Part shown: positions 1 to 12,782 of the stretch, piece by piece | Numbering within the stretch: position 1 is the stretch's first letter | Layout of the letters: every line of letters begins with the position of its first letter | Assembly: GCA_043228905.1 (NCBI GenBank) | Contig: JBHGNT010000006.1 | Coordinates: forward strand, 7,688,001-7,752,000 | DNA length: 64,000 nt | Origin: Azolla caroliniana | Lineage: Eukaryota > Plantae > Polypodiophyta | Direction of reading: 5' to 3' | Position numbers and translations under genes: made by a program | The notes under the pieces: generated by a model | Databases searched by the model: none | Told to the model about the DNA's origin: nothing | What the model saw: only the letters and a program-made list of their open reading frames with translations

Positions 1-3000
1 AGGTAAGGCCAGTCGCGGCACCCTTACTGAAGGGCAGCGAGTTGCGAATCAAGGGGGTCGCGTCAGACCCCAGTTTACGAGATCCGGCCTGCATAGGACA
101 CACCTTCACCGACAGAATGCTACGGGAGCTCAAAATCGGTGGGGGCGGGTTCCTACTGCCGGCAGAAGAAGACCGGTTTCGGAGAATGCTTGGAAGGCAC
201 GGGAAAGCCTTCGCATTCTCACCGGAAGAGATCGGGTGCGCAGACCCGACAATCGTGAAGCCAATGGTGATATTCACGGTACCGCATGTGCCGTGGAATC
301 TCAAACCAATTCCGGTACCGAGAGCTCATATCCCGGAGCTGATGGAGCTGTTGAGGTAGAAAGTCGATATGGGCATCCTCGAACCGGTGGTTTACCGTAC
401 TGAGGAAGAACGGGACGTTGCGCTTCATTCAAGGTCTGCAACCGGTCAACAGAGTGACCATTCGGAACGCAAGAATCAGACCAACGATAGACGAGTTCGC
501 GGAGGCCTTCGCCGGAAGGTCGATCTACTCGGTCGGTGATCTGTACTCGGGGTACGATCAGTTCCAAATAGCCGTGGAGAGTAGAGACATTACGACGATG
601 CAGACTCCTCTCGGCCTAGTGCGGATGTGTACCCTGCCACAAGGAGGGACAAACTCGGTGGCCCACATGGTGAATGCGAGGAACAAGGTGTTGAGGGATT
701 GTATCCCGGACATCACCATGCCATTCTTGGACGACATCCCGATCAAGGGATGTCCGGTGGAGGAAAAGGACGAAATGATCGGACCGGACGGATGCCGGAA
801 ATTCGTGGCGACACACATTGACGACTGCAAGAGGGTGCTGCAGAGGCTAGAGGACGCGAGGCTCACCTTCTCCGGGGAGAAATCCGCCTTCGGGCAATCA
901 GATATCATGGTCGTGGGACATCTATGCGGACCGTATGGCCGGAAACCGTCTCCGGCTAAGGTGGAAGCCATCTCCGCAATGAAGCCCGACTGTAACTCGG
1001 TCACGAGGTACGGAGGTTCTTGGGAGCATGCGCGCTCTACCACATATGGATCCCGCATTACGCCCACGTTGCCGAGCCGCTATACGGGTTGCTGAAAAAA
1101 GGGCGAAAATTCGAGTGGCGAGACGAGCATACGGAGTCGGTCCGAAAGATGAAGGAGGCTCTTGCTGCAGCTCCGGCACTCCGGAAGGCTGTCTACGAGA
1201 AAGGCACTCCCATCTACATAACGGTAGATACAAGTCCGACCGGGATCGGATGGGTCGTCAACCAAGAAGATGAGGACGACATTCGGTTCCCAATCCGGTT
1301 CGGCGCGAAGGTCCTCAGCGAGCGACAGCGAGGATACGCCCAGGTTAAACGCGAACTCTGGGGTATCGTTTCGGCGGTGAAGGCCGATAAAGACTATCTG
1401 ATCGGGACAGAGGTGATTATCGAGACGGACTGCCTGCCGATTCTTGGCATGGTTTCCGGATGCGCAACCCCGGACCTGGCAATGCTCAAGTGGATAGCGT
1501 ACATCAAGTCCCTACACCCGGAAATACGACACATTTCCGGGAAAGACAATGCCATGGCCGACATGCTTTCGAGGGCGCGATTCGACGACGAGGGCGGCAT
1601 GGTTTCGGAGGACGAGGAAGTCGGCATGGACTTCTTCGAGGCGGCTTACGTAACAACCGAGGGGGGGAGCACTCCGGCGCTTAACGATTTCAACGAGAGC
1701 AAGTACGACGGGGAGTGGCTGCAGATTGGGGGATTCTTAAGGACGATGACGCCAGACGCGTCATGGACAAAGGACGAGGCCAACCGGATCCGGAAGAAAG
1801 CGTATTGATTCTTTCTCCGGGACGGATACTTGTGGAAGCACCCGAAGAAGAGGAACGGCATCCCGCTCCGAGTAGTGGCGATGGAGGAGGAACAAGAGGA
1901 GTTGTTGAAGGCCTACCACGACAGCCCCTGGGCTGGACACCGTGGGACGTGGGCCACGTTCGAGAAACTAAAGGGGAAGTACTGGTGGCCGGGACTGTAC
2001 CGGGACGTGCATCGGTTCGTGACAACTTGTGAGAGCTGTCAGATACACTCCGTAGTCCGACATCGGGACGAGCTTCACCCTACATACCCTCCAGCCATCC
2101 ACTTCAAATGGATGGTAGATTTGGTGACGATGCTGATGGGCGTAGGGCAGATGCGATATTTGGTGCTGGCCCGGGAGGACCTGACGAACGAGGTGGAAGG
2201 CCGAGCCCTGCAGAACAAAACGACCGCGGTCATGTGTCGGTTCCTGATCAAGGACGTGATATGCCGGTACGGGTGCGTCAGGAAGATCGTGGCTGACCGC
2301 GGGGAGTTGGACGCCGAAGAGGCCGAGGAGTTGTTCGACCGGTTAGGGGTCAAGCTCTCGCTCACCACATCGTACAATCCGGAGGCGAACGGGAAGGTGG
2401 AGCGCGGACACGGACCGATTGTCAAAGCACTAGTCCGGGCGTGCGGAGGCCAGGTCGGGAACTGCCCACGACTGTTACCTTATGCCTTGTGGGCGGATCG
2501 GACAACACACAGTTCGGTAACCGGGTTCATGCCGTCAGAGCTCATGTTCGGACAGAAGCCGATCATGCCGATGGAACAGACGATCTCCTCTTGGGCGACA
2601 GTGGACTGGAGAGACGAGATTAGCCATGAAGAACTGCTAGCGGCGCGTATACGACAGCTCGAGCAGAGGCCAGAGGACGTGGAACAAGCGGCGGAGAGAC
2701 TTCGGACGATGAGGATGAGGAACAAAGCCCGGTTCAACCGGACGCACCAGCTCAGACCAAAGAAAATCGAGGAAGGCGACTGGGTGCTACTCTACGACAG
2801 CAGCCTCGACAACCAGCACCGGGCAACACGAAAGTTTGCAAAGCGGTGGTTCGGGCCTTACGTGGTAACGAGCACCAACGACAACGGGACGTATCACCTG
2901 GCGGAACTCGACGGTACGAGGATGGCGATACCGGTAGCAGGGAAGCGGATCAAAGCGTTCAAGAAGCGCCACGACGGCGGACCGGATCTAAGAGGCCTGG

Positions 3001-3137
3001 ACAGCGACGACGAACAGTCCGAAACGGAGGACGAACCGAGGGATGAGGAACCGGAACCCGGACCAGTTTTCTCAAACCAGAACCGAATTTTGGCGCATAC
3101 CGGTGGATGCGCGGTTAGGTGGGGGCGGATGTCGTGA
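1..3137 (+). pseudogene. Disrupted pol of element A
   Basis: ORF pieces 42-359, 418-1095, 1020-1808, 1830-3137 tile one polyprotein; stops at 357-359 and 1806-1808, small deletion near 385 relative to element C, frameshift near 1008. Confidence 0.9.
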
Positions 3138-3789
3138 AGAAAACCGTCCCTTAGCGCAATCGGTGCATAGCGCGCGTGAACCGGCTCTTCACGCGTGCGC
3201 GCCCTTTAATGTATATAATAGAGAATTAGGTACAAAGGTATATCCGAGGTAGTTAGATTCGGTAGGTAGGAAGTTAATGAGGGAAACGGCTCCCTTCTTG
3301 AAGCTATAAAAGAGAGGGAGACACGACGTGAACAGGGGGATTATTATTTTGGATTGAGGAGGACGAAGTGCTGTTGGACCGAAACCGAACGCTTCTCCTC
3401 TGTTCGTTCTCCATCGCTCTTCTTTGCAGGTTTTCGGGAGGCTCGCGCTGCTTCGAGGAACGCCCGTGTGCTTCCGGCAGCACCTCTGTCCTATCCCCTT
3501 TCGTGCGCAGATGAGCAAGCATCAACATTTGTTCGCCGGCCTGTTCGGTTGTAACCGCTCGCGTGCTCTGTTGTTTACTTGTGATTCATTAATATACAAA
3601 CATTCGTGTCTCTCTGTCTTTGTGTCCATTCGTGTCTTCTGCGTTGACGGGGCCGTGTCCCTGTGTTTCTTTGCTCATACGTAACCAAGCGTCTCTCTCT
3701 TTCTCTTTCCCCTTCTATCACCTGCTCTTTGGTTCAAGACCCCGGTGGTCCCGCCTCGTTTCTCCACGCACGCGCGTAGTAACGCGACA
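3130..3789 (+). repeat. 3' LTR of element A
   Basis: TGTCG...CGACA termini, TATAAAA at about 3305, similar to LTRs at 5007, 7669 and 22119. Confidence 0.93.
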
Positions 3790-5661
3790 GCGTACCACGA
3801 GAGTCCTTGGGCCGGACACCGCGGGACGTGGGCCACATTCGAGAAGCTAAAGGGGAAGTACTGGTGGCCGGGACTATACCGGGACGTGCATCAGTTCGTG
3901 ACGACTTGCGAAAGCTATCAGGTGCACTCCATAGTCCGACATCGGGACGAGCTCCACCCGACCTACCCTCTGACCGTCCACTTCAAGTGGATGGTGGATC
4001 TAGTGACGATGCCGATGGGGGTAGGGCAGATGCGGTATCTAGTGCTAGATCAGGAGGACCTGACGAACCAGGTGGAAGGCCGGGCGTTGCAGAGCAAAAC
4101 GACCGCAGTCGTGTGCCGATTTCTGATCGACGAAGTGGTATGCCGGTACGGGTGCGTAGGTAAGATCGTGGCCGACTGTGGGGAATTGGACGCACAAGAG
4201 GCGGAAGAGCTGTTTGATCGGCTGGGAATTAAACTCTCGCTCACCACGACGTACAATTCGGAGGCTAATGGGAAGGTGGAGCGCGGACACGGGCCAATCG
4301 TCAAAGCGTTGGTGCGGGTGTGTGGAGGCCATGTCGGGAACTGGCCGCAGCTCTTACCCTATGCGTTATGGGCGGACCGAATTACGTACAGTTCGATAAC
4401 CGAGTTCATGTCGGCAAAGCTAATGTACGGGCAGAAGCCGATCATGCCAATGGAGCAGACAATCTCCTCATGGGCCATGGTGGACTGGGACAACGAGATG
4501 AGCCGGGAGGAGCTGTTAGCGGCACGGATTCGGCAGCTGGAACGAAAACCGGAGGACGTGGACCAAGCTGCGGAGAAGCTACGGGTGGCGAGCGTAAAGA
4601 ACAAAGGATGGTTCGATCGGACTCACCGACTGAGACCGAAGAAGATTGAGGAAGGCGACTGGGTTCTATTGTATGATAGCAACCTCGACAACCAGCACCA
4701 GGCAACGCGGAAGTTTGCAAGAAGGTGGTTCGGGCCTTACGCGGTGACAAGCGCCAACAACAATGGGACCTACCATCTCGCAGAGCTCGACGGGACAAGG
4801 ATGGCGGTACCGATGGCGGGGAAAAGGATCAAAGCCTTCAAAAAGCGGCACGAGGTTGAACCAAACCCAGACGACCTAGATAGCGACAACAACCGGCTCA
4901 GAACGGATGCCAATCCGGAAGACAAAGGATAAGCGTGAACCGGTCTTCTCCAGCAAGAGCCTAATTTTGGCGCATACCGGTGGATGCGCGGTTAGGTGGG
5001 GGCAGATGTCGTGGAGAAAACCGTCCCTAGGCGGAAACCAAGTATAACGTGTGTAAACCGGCCCTTACCCGTGGGCACAAGTTTTGTTGTATAGTACGTA
5101 GGTAGGTACAAGTCGCCTGAGGCGAAATCCTAGGTAGTACACATTCAGTAGGGAGGAAATCGAGGCATATCCCTGCCCGAAAGGACAGGGAATAAAACAT
5201 GTTGTAACGAGTGGTAACGGCCTCCCTCCTTGGGTTATAAAAGAGAGGGAGAAGTGAGAGAAATACATCGGGGTTTGGGGAGGGAGGAGGGAGGGTTGTC
5301 GGACCGAGACCGAGCTCTCTCCTCCATCGTTCAACTTTCTTTGCAGGATTTCGGACTGTGTTGCCTCTGCTTCGTGGACAGGCCGTGTGCTTCCGGCAGA
5401 GGCTCCATTGTGCAGCTGGGTTGAGTGCGTGCATGAGCATCGTGTGTATGTGTGTGTGTCCGCCTGGGTTGGGTCCGTCACCGGCTTGCCGGTTGTAATC
5501 GTTGTCGATTGTAATCAAGACTTTGCTCTCGGTCTCTTTCCTCCTCTGTGTTTCTGCAAGTTGCTCTCTCTCTCTCTCTCTCCCCTCTTTCTCATGCCCC
5601 TTGGTTCAAGGCCCCCGCGGTACCGCCTCTTTCCGAACGCGAAGAGTGAAACAACACGACC
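3790..5661 (+). mobile_element. Element B: same gypsy family, integrase (3790-4932), PPT and 3' LTR (5007-5661)
   Basis: Integrase ORF paralogous to A; PPT GGTTAGGTGGGGGCAGA; LTR TGTCGTGGAGAAAACCG...ACACGACC (last base C instead of A); followed by ACAT. Confidence 0.92.
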
Positions 5662-5665
5662 ACAT

Positions 5666-6398
5666 TGTCGTGTTGTTCTGCTTTTGCATAGGAAATAAGG
5701 CGGGACCGCGGGGGCCCTGAATCGAGGAGGAAGAGAGAGAAGAAGACGAAGCGGGAAAAGAGCGCAAGCATAGGCCGGTTAGGGCCGTTTGCCACTGATA
5801 GCGTTAGCCGGCCGAATGAACCACTAACGCGTAGCTGAATAAGATCCACACTCGCGTAAAAGAGAGACTCACAGAAACACAGAGAGAGGAAAAGCAAGAG
5901 GTTCGATTCCTATATCAGTAAAGGTTACATTGTTTGCAAGATTACACCCGGACAACCGGCAACAAACCCAACCCAGACAATCACACTCCCACACACACAC
6001 GTAGTAGAGCCTTTGCCGGAAGCACACGGCTTTCCTCAAAGCAAAGGCAACCAACTAGAAAGCCTGTAGAAAACAATGATAGAAGAGAGAGCTTGATTCC
6101 CAGTTCGACAACACCTCGTCCTTGCCAAGACGCAATAATCTTTCAATCATCTCCCCTTCCGTTTTATAGGCCGTCGGGGAGGGACCGTTACATCCTGGTC
6201 ACATCACTTTATTCTCTATCCCTTCGAACAGAGATACGAATCAATTTCCTAGATAATAAATCTTTACTACCTAGTATATTTACATCAGCCGACCTATTCC
6301 CAATTATGTACTCTTTATCAATACTTGTGACCGCGCATAAGGGCCGGTTCATACACCTTCTTCACTGATTCTGCTTGAGGCTAGTTTTCTTCATGACA
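5666..6398 (-). repeat. 3' LTR of element C
   Basis: Preceded on the minus strand by PPT GGTTTGGTGGGGGTGGA; matches 26474-26738. Confidence 0.92.
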
Positions 6399-8358
6399 TC
6401 CACCCCCACCAAACCGCGCATCCACCGATATGCGCCAAAGAGGGACAAACGTTGGAGAAAACCGGCTCGCGTTCATCCGTCGCTCTTCGAAACTTCATCC
6501 GCTCCGAGCCGGTTGTCATCATCGTCCTCGCTTCCCGGATCCGGCTCGTCTTCATGCCACTTCTTGAAGGCCTTGATCCTCTTCCCGGCTACCGGCACCG
6601 TTATTTGTGTCCCGTCAAATTCCACAAGGTGGTAAGTACCGTTGTCGTTTGCGCTTGTTACGGTGTAGGGCTCGAACCACCTCCTCGCAAACTTTTGCGT
6701 CGCCTTGTGCTAATTGTCGAGGCTATTGTCATAAATCAACAACCAGTCGCCTTCCTCGATCTTCTTCAGCCGTAGCCGGTGTGTTCGGTCGAACCGGCCT
6801 TTGTTCCTTTCTCTTGATGCACACAGCTTTGCCTTTGCTCGCTCCACGTCCTCTAGTCTTCGCTCGAGCTGTCGAATCCATGCCGCCAGTAGCTCTTCCC
6901 GGCTCATCTCGTCTCTCCAGTCCACCGTGGCCCATGAGGAGATCGTCTATTCAATCGGCATGACCGGCTTCTGCCCGTACATCAGCTCCGTCGGCATGAA
7001 CCCGGTTACCGAACTATGCATAGTTCGGTCTACCCATAATGCGTAAGGTAGAAGCCACAACCAGTTCCCGACCTGTCCTCTGCATGCCCGCACCAACACT
7101 TTTACGATCGGCTTGTGCCCGCACTCCACCTTCCCGTTAGCCTTCGGGTTGTACGCCGTAGTGAGGGAGAGCTTAACCCCTAGTCGTCCAAACAGCTCTT
7201 CTGCTTCCTGTGCATCCAGCCCTCCCCGGTCAGCCACGATCTTCCCTACACACCCACACCAGCATACCACCTCTTCGATCAAGAACTGGCACACGGCTGT
7301 AGTCATCTTGTTCAGCAATGCACGGCCCTCCACCTGATTCGTCAAGTCCTTTCGTGCAAGCATCAAGTACCACATCTGCCCTACCCCCATCGGCATCGTC
7401 ACTAAGTCCACCATCCACTTGAAATGGACGGTCGGTGGGTAGGTCGGGTGCAACTCGTCTCGATGTCGAATCGCGGAGTGCATTTGGCAGCTCTCGCACG
7501 TTGTTACGAACTGGTGCACGTACCGGTACAACCCCGGCCACCAATACTTCTCCTTTAGCTTTTCGAATGTGGCCCATGTCCCGCGGTGCCCAGCCCAAGG
7601 ACTCTTGTGAGACGCCATAAGCAACGCCTCTTGCTCTTCCTTCCCTACCACTACCTGAAGCGGAACGCTGTCGTGAAGAAAACCGTCCCTAGGCGGAAAC
7701 CGAGTTTAGCGTGTGTAAACCGGCCCTTACACACGAGCACACTTTTCGTTGTATAGTAAGTAGGTAGGTACAAGTCGGCTAAGGTGAAATCCTAGGTAGC
7801 ACGCATTCAATAGGGAGAGAATTAATGTGATGTAACGGATGATAACGGCCTCCCTCCTTGAGCTATAAAAGAGAGGGAGAGGAATGAAAAAGGGATCGCA
7901 CGTTAGAGAGGACGAAGTGCTGCCGGACTGGGACCGAGCCCTTCTCCTCTAGCACTCTCCATAGCCATTTTGCGCAGGTTTTTGGGAGGCTGACTCTGCT
8001 CCGTGGAAGGCCCGTGTGCTTCCGGCAGAGTCTCCATCTCACTCTTCTGCGTGTGAGTGAACATGCGTCGGTGTTCGCCTTGCCGGCCTGTTAGTTGTAA
8101 CCGTCTCGATATATATATATTTATTTATTTATTTATTTATATATTTATATTTATATACATACGTGTTCATATACTCGGACTTCTAGTCGTCTCGTTTTGT
8201 TGTGTTGTTGGACCGTGATTCGTGTGTGCTCCCGTGTCTGTGCATGTGCAAGTGCGTCCGTTGCCTTTCCGTTCTCCTCCTTCTCATCTATTTCTCGGTC
8301 CAAGACCCCGGTGGTCCCGTCTTGTTCTCCACGCACGTGCGTAACAACGCGACATAAT

Positions 8359-8376
8359 TGGTGAACCTGACGTGAA
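8359..8376 (+). promoter_or_regulatory. Primer-binding site of D, tRNA-Trp type
   Basis: TGGTGAACCTGACGTGAA, 4 nt after the LTR; complementary with one mismatch to the plant tRNA-Trp 3' end TTCACGTCGGGTTCACCA. Confidence 0.85.
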
Positions 8377-9567
8377 CAGGCGGCAGAGGAGTAAAAAGAT
8401 GAGGGGGTCGGATCTTGCGGAAGCCATGGCTTCGGCTGTGGATCGGATAGTGAGTGCGCGCGAAGGCGCAGGCGCCCTCGATAGGGCTATCGAAGCGGTC
8501 TTCGGCACGATAGGTCGGTTCGGTGGGAAGGACGCCATGAGCTATTTGGAGGCCTACCGGGCCGAGATGGTAATGAGAGACATTCCGGGAGAAAGGCGAC
8601 TGATCGGGTTCCCTCGGGTGACGATGTCGGGCATCCATGCGGAGGAACCTGGGAAGAGTTTGAAGGTCGGCTCCTCGAAAAATACGGGCTTGATGACGCG
8701 CTTCGGCTCTCAAAACGGAACTTCATGGAATGGGTAGAGACCCCCGAAAAGGGGAGAAACACATCGGTGCTCCTCCGGGAGTTTGAAGAACGCTTCGCGC
8801 TGTCGTAGTGTATTTTGTACACTACGTGAAAAACGTATATAGTATTAGATTCAATAAAAAATGAAGAAATAGAAGAAAATAGCAAAATAAATGGAACATG
8901 CATAGGGCAAGATTTGAACCTTGCACCTCCATGTTAATAATGTAATGTCTTACCATTACACTAGCATTTCATTAGTGTTAAAGCATAGATGTCCCACATA
9001 GAAAGGTAAATTCACGCTAGGATAAACATTAGAAAAACGCATAACAAAAGAAAAAGCTACACATACACATCTAGCGTGCATGATAAAAAACGCACAAGTT
9101 AGAAAAAAGCATGATCACTTTAGATAAAGCATATAGTCTATCTATAGGAAAAGCATGGGGTCTATAGTTAGAGAAAAAGCATGGATTACTAAGACTTCCT
9201 CATCACTACATAAGGATGGGAAGCACAATGTAATTGTGTGTGAAAAATATTTGGAAACTAGATATGTTTCTAAAAAACACCAATTAATAAACTATACTCG
9301 TGGGATTCACGAGAATTCTATATCATTCTCTTTCAACCGAAGTTTATATTCTTATATTCATATTGATTAATCTAATACAATACACTCGTGGGATTCACGA
9401 GTTTGCTATAACTCTTTCTTACAACATATTTATATTCTTATTAGCCTTAAAACTCTCTTCTTCCTAGTCCAAAACCCCAGTGGTTCCCACCCAACTCACG
9501 CAAACGATCCGGAGCCGAAAGGCACGACACAGTTGGTGAACCCGACGTGAAGGCGGGTGGCAAGGAG

Positions 9568-10231
9568 ATGGAGAATCAACAAGAGGCAATGAGCATAACG
9601 ATGATGATGATGTTCGAGCGGATGCTACAAGAACAACGAGCGATGTCGGAGATCACGGGGGCAGTAAAGCGGCTCGTGCGACGAAACGGGGAATTCAACG
9701 GTAAGGGTGTGTCACGCTACCTACGTGAATATAAGGCGGAGATGATGCAATATCGGATACCGGAAGGATTGCAAGTGATATCCTTTAGTCGGGTGGCCTC
9801 GGACGAACTACAAGAGAGAATCCACAAGATACAACAACAAAGCTCGACATGGGAGTCCTTTGAAGAAGCTTTACGGGAGGCATATGACTATGAGAGATGG
9901 ACAGGACGAGATCGACGAGAATTCGACGAATGGGTGGCGTCGGAGAAGACTCACCGAAGTGCAACGCAAGCGTTCCTAGAGTTCGAGCATCGTTTTGCTC
10001 GACTCTCGGAGCGGGAACGAAGATTGGTGGGAGGAGATAAAGTCTTAATGTTCGTAAGATCGATCGATCGGAAAGAAAGGATGGACATTGGGATCGAACT
10101 CGAAGATGATGACGGTGCGAACGGCCTTACCGAGGATTGGGCTAAAGTCGAAAGGGTATGCCAAAGACATGATGAAAGGAAGCTGAGAATCTCGTCAACA
10201 ACGACATGGCCCATGAAGGATGGTCGATTGA
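9568..10231 (+). CDS. Gag-like protein of E (cut by the N gap)
   Basis: MENQQEAM...FNGKGVSRYLREYKAEM...EFEHRFARLS...GLTEDWAKVERVC, homologous to D gag (FGGKDAMSYLEAYRAEM; GLTTDWAVVKRV). Confidence 0.8.
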
Positions 10232-10331
10232 NNNNNNNNNNNNNNNNNNNNNNNNNNNNNNNNNNNNNNNNNNNNNNNNNNNNNNNNNNNNNNNNNNNNN
10301 NNNNNNNNNNNNNNNNNNNNNNNNNNNNNNN
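10232..10331. other. Assembly gap (100 N)
   Basis: Run of exactly 100 N, typical of a gap of unknown size. Confidence 1.
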
Positions 10332-12782
10332 ACCGAAAGGCACGACACAGTATGAAAAAGAAAAAACACGAGACACTAAAAATAACTCATGCACATCTAG
10401 CGTGCATGAGCCCTATACTTAGGAAATAAAAAAGTATCACATGCACATTTAGTGGACATGAACACTTTTTGTAAAAAAAAAAGCATGAAGCCATGCTTAG
10501 CTCTTCCTTCCTTATATGAGGAGAGAAATATATAAAGGGTTGTTAATTATTTTTCTATTATGATCAATCAATCTAAAATATTCGTGGGATTCACGAATTT
10601 GCTAAAATAATTCTCTCTTACTACCTAAATATTGACTAAATATACTAAACTCGTGGGATTCACGAGATTCTTATCTTATAACTCTTTATACCTATTCTTT
10701 ACTAGCCTTATTTGTATTTTTCTTTCTCCTAGTCCAAAACCTCGGCAGTTCCCACCCGACTCATGCAACGATCCGAAGCCGAAAGGCACGACAGCGCGTC
10801 TTTCGGCGCTCGACCGGACTGTACTAGACACAAGTCACATCCTAATGTTCGTTAAGTCGGTGGATGCGAGGGATCGGGAGCAAGTGGGTCTCCTGCTAGA
10901 GACTGATGATGGCCTGACGACTGACTGGGCCGTGGTGAAGAGAGTCTATGGCCATTGTGACAAACGACGAGAGTGGGTCGATAAAGGATCAACAAGGGCG
11001 AGCTCTATAGCAACAGGGAAACTCGAGCCAACCCCGCCAGCGCAAAGGGAAGAGACCCGAGACTGGCTCGAGACCGGATCAACTTCGACCGGCATGGTCA
11101 AAGGCTCGTCAGGAGGAGCTGACTAGGATGGTAAAGGACCTCCAAAGGAGATGGCACGGAGGGACGACGGCGAACAGGCCCGTGATCGAAGGCCTTTGGC
11201 TGGAAACCGGTGTTTGTGGTGCGACGCGGTCGGCCATGCCCGGAAGGACTGCAGGGACTTCGCCGAGGCAATGAGAGACAACGTGGTGTACTTATGGAAC
11301 GGTCGGGTGCACGCTAGCGAGACCCGAAGGGCCCTAGACCTGAATGTCGGCCGAGGGGGTATGAAACGGCTGATGGAAGAAGCGGCGGCTCGCCACGCAG
11401 AGACCGTCCACTACTCGGCGTCGGCTGGGATCCGGGTTAGAGGTGGTGAGGCCCGAAAGACGAACGAAGCCGGATTCTAGCCGTTGATGCTGGAAGGCCT
11501 CGCCGGCGCATGGCTAAGGAAAGAAGAAGCGGACCGCGCGGAAAAATGGGTCCGGGAGGTAACCGGGTGGAGTGACCCGATCGAAGAGAAGACGAGCTTC
11601 GTTGAAGCCGCATGCCAGAACTACGAGGCTCTGGTGGAAGACAAGCGAGTAGGTAAAGCCAGAGGGGCCGAGCCCTCGCAACGGTACGAGACCCGATTCG
11701 GTCAAAGGCAGAATGAGGCCGGTGCGACCGGCGCACTGGATAAAGCCAAGAAGGCCGCATACCGGTTGAGCACGGAAATCGAAAGGACCACGGACCTACG
11801 AAAGGTCCTGGAGGAACGTATCCTCGACAGCAAAGTGGAGTTGTCGCTGAGGGAACTGCTCGGGATTGCCAAGAAGGAGTTCCACAACTCCATCGTAGAC
11901 TTGGTGAAGAGGAAGAGGCTGTCGACAGAGCTAGAGCCAAAGAAGCCGGTGGAAGTGCGAACGACGCACATAGAGGACATGGCGCTAGAAGACGAGTTGT
12001 CGGAGAGCCACTATTCGAGGCCGCACTGGGCCAGAGCGACCACGGAGACCCCTGTTAAGGTCGGGGATGTCCAGGAGCCGGTGGTGGCGTTGGTGGACCA
12101 CGGTTCAGAAATCAACTTGATGTCCATGGACTTCTACAAAAAGGGGAAGTGGCCGATCAACACCAAACACGGTTGGAAAATACGGGCAGCGACGCTGTCG
12201 TGCCTTTCGGCTCCGGATCGTTGCGTGAGTCGGGTGGGAACCACTGGGGTTTTGGACTAGGAGAAAGAAGAATATGAGATGAGGCTAGTAATGGATAGAT
12301 TATTAGAAAGAGAGATAGAAATTTCGTGAATCCCACGAGTGTATTGTATTCGATTAATCAATATTTAGATAAGAATATGTATTTAGATTGAAAGAAAGAT
12401 ATAAGAAACTTGTGAATCCCACAAGTATAGATTATATTATTTTCGTGAATCCCACGATTATATTAATCGGTTGGTGTTTTCGGAAATATATCCGATTTCC
12501 AAATATTTCACACACAATTACATTGTGCTTCCCATCCTTATGTAGTGATGAGGAAGTCTTAGTAATCCATGCTTTTTTCTCTAACTATAGACCCCATGCT
12601 TTTCCTATAGATAGACTATATGCTTTATCTAAAGTGATCATGCTTTTTCTAACTTGTGCGTTTTTTATCATGCACGCTAGATGTGTATGTGTAGCTTTTT
12701 CTTTTGTTATGCGTTTTTCTAATGTTTATCCTAGCGTGAATTTACCTTTCTATGTGGGACATTTTTAACACTAATGAAATGT

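Larger units (their letters stand above)
1..3789 (+). mobile_element. Element A: Ty3/gypsy non-chromovirus LTR retrotransposon, 3' part (RT-RNaseH-integrase, PPT, 3' LTR); inserted in the integrase of element B
   Basis: RT (DLYSGYDQ, LPQG, PFLDD), RNaseH (TVDTS, ELWG, ETDC, ADMLSR), integrase (HDSPWAGH..CESC, VDL, ADRG, NGKVER, WFGPY). PPT GGTTAGGTGGGGGCGGA before LTR TGTCG at 3130; LTR ends CGACA at 3789, then B integrase resumes (GCGT ACC..., AYHESPWAGH). Confidence 0.95.
8801..10793 (+). mobile_element. Element E: gag-type LTR element of the F family, inserted in gag of D, spans an assembly gap
   Basis: GCGC at 8797-8800 and 10794-10797 (removal restores ERFA-RLSALD). 5' LTR 8801-9529, Trp PBS 9534-9551, gag from 9568 nearly identical to F; right LTR segment 10348-10793 is a divergent variant. 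Confidence 0.85.

Noticed and set aside
9298-9400. CRISPR-like repeat-spacer array from the TCGTGGGATTCACGA palindromes
   Set aside because: Only 2-3 short copies per LTR, irregular spacing, eukaryotic LTR context, no cas genes.
12388-12768. 126-aa ORF duplicated at 20582-20962
   Set aside because: Lies wholly within the two LTRs of F; duplication is explained by LTR identity, start is TTG and the E LTR does not preserve it.
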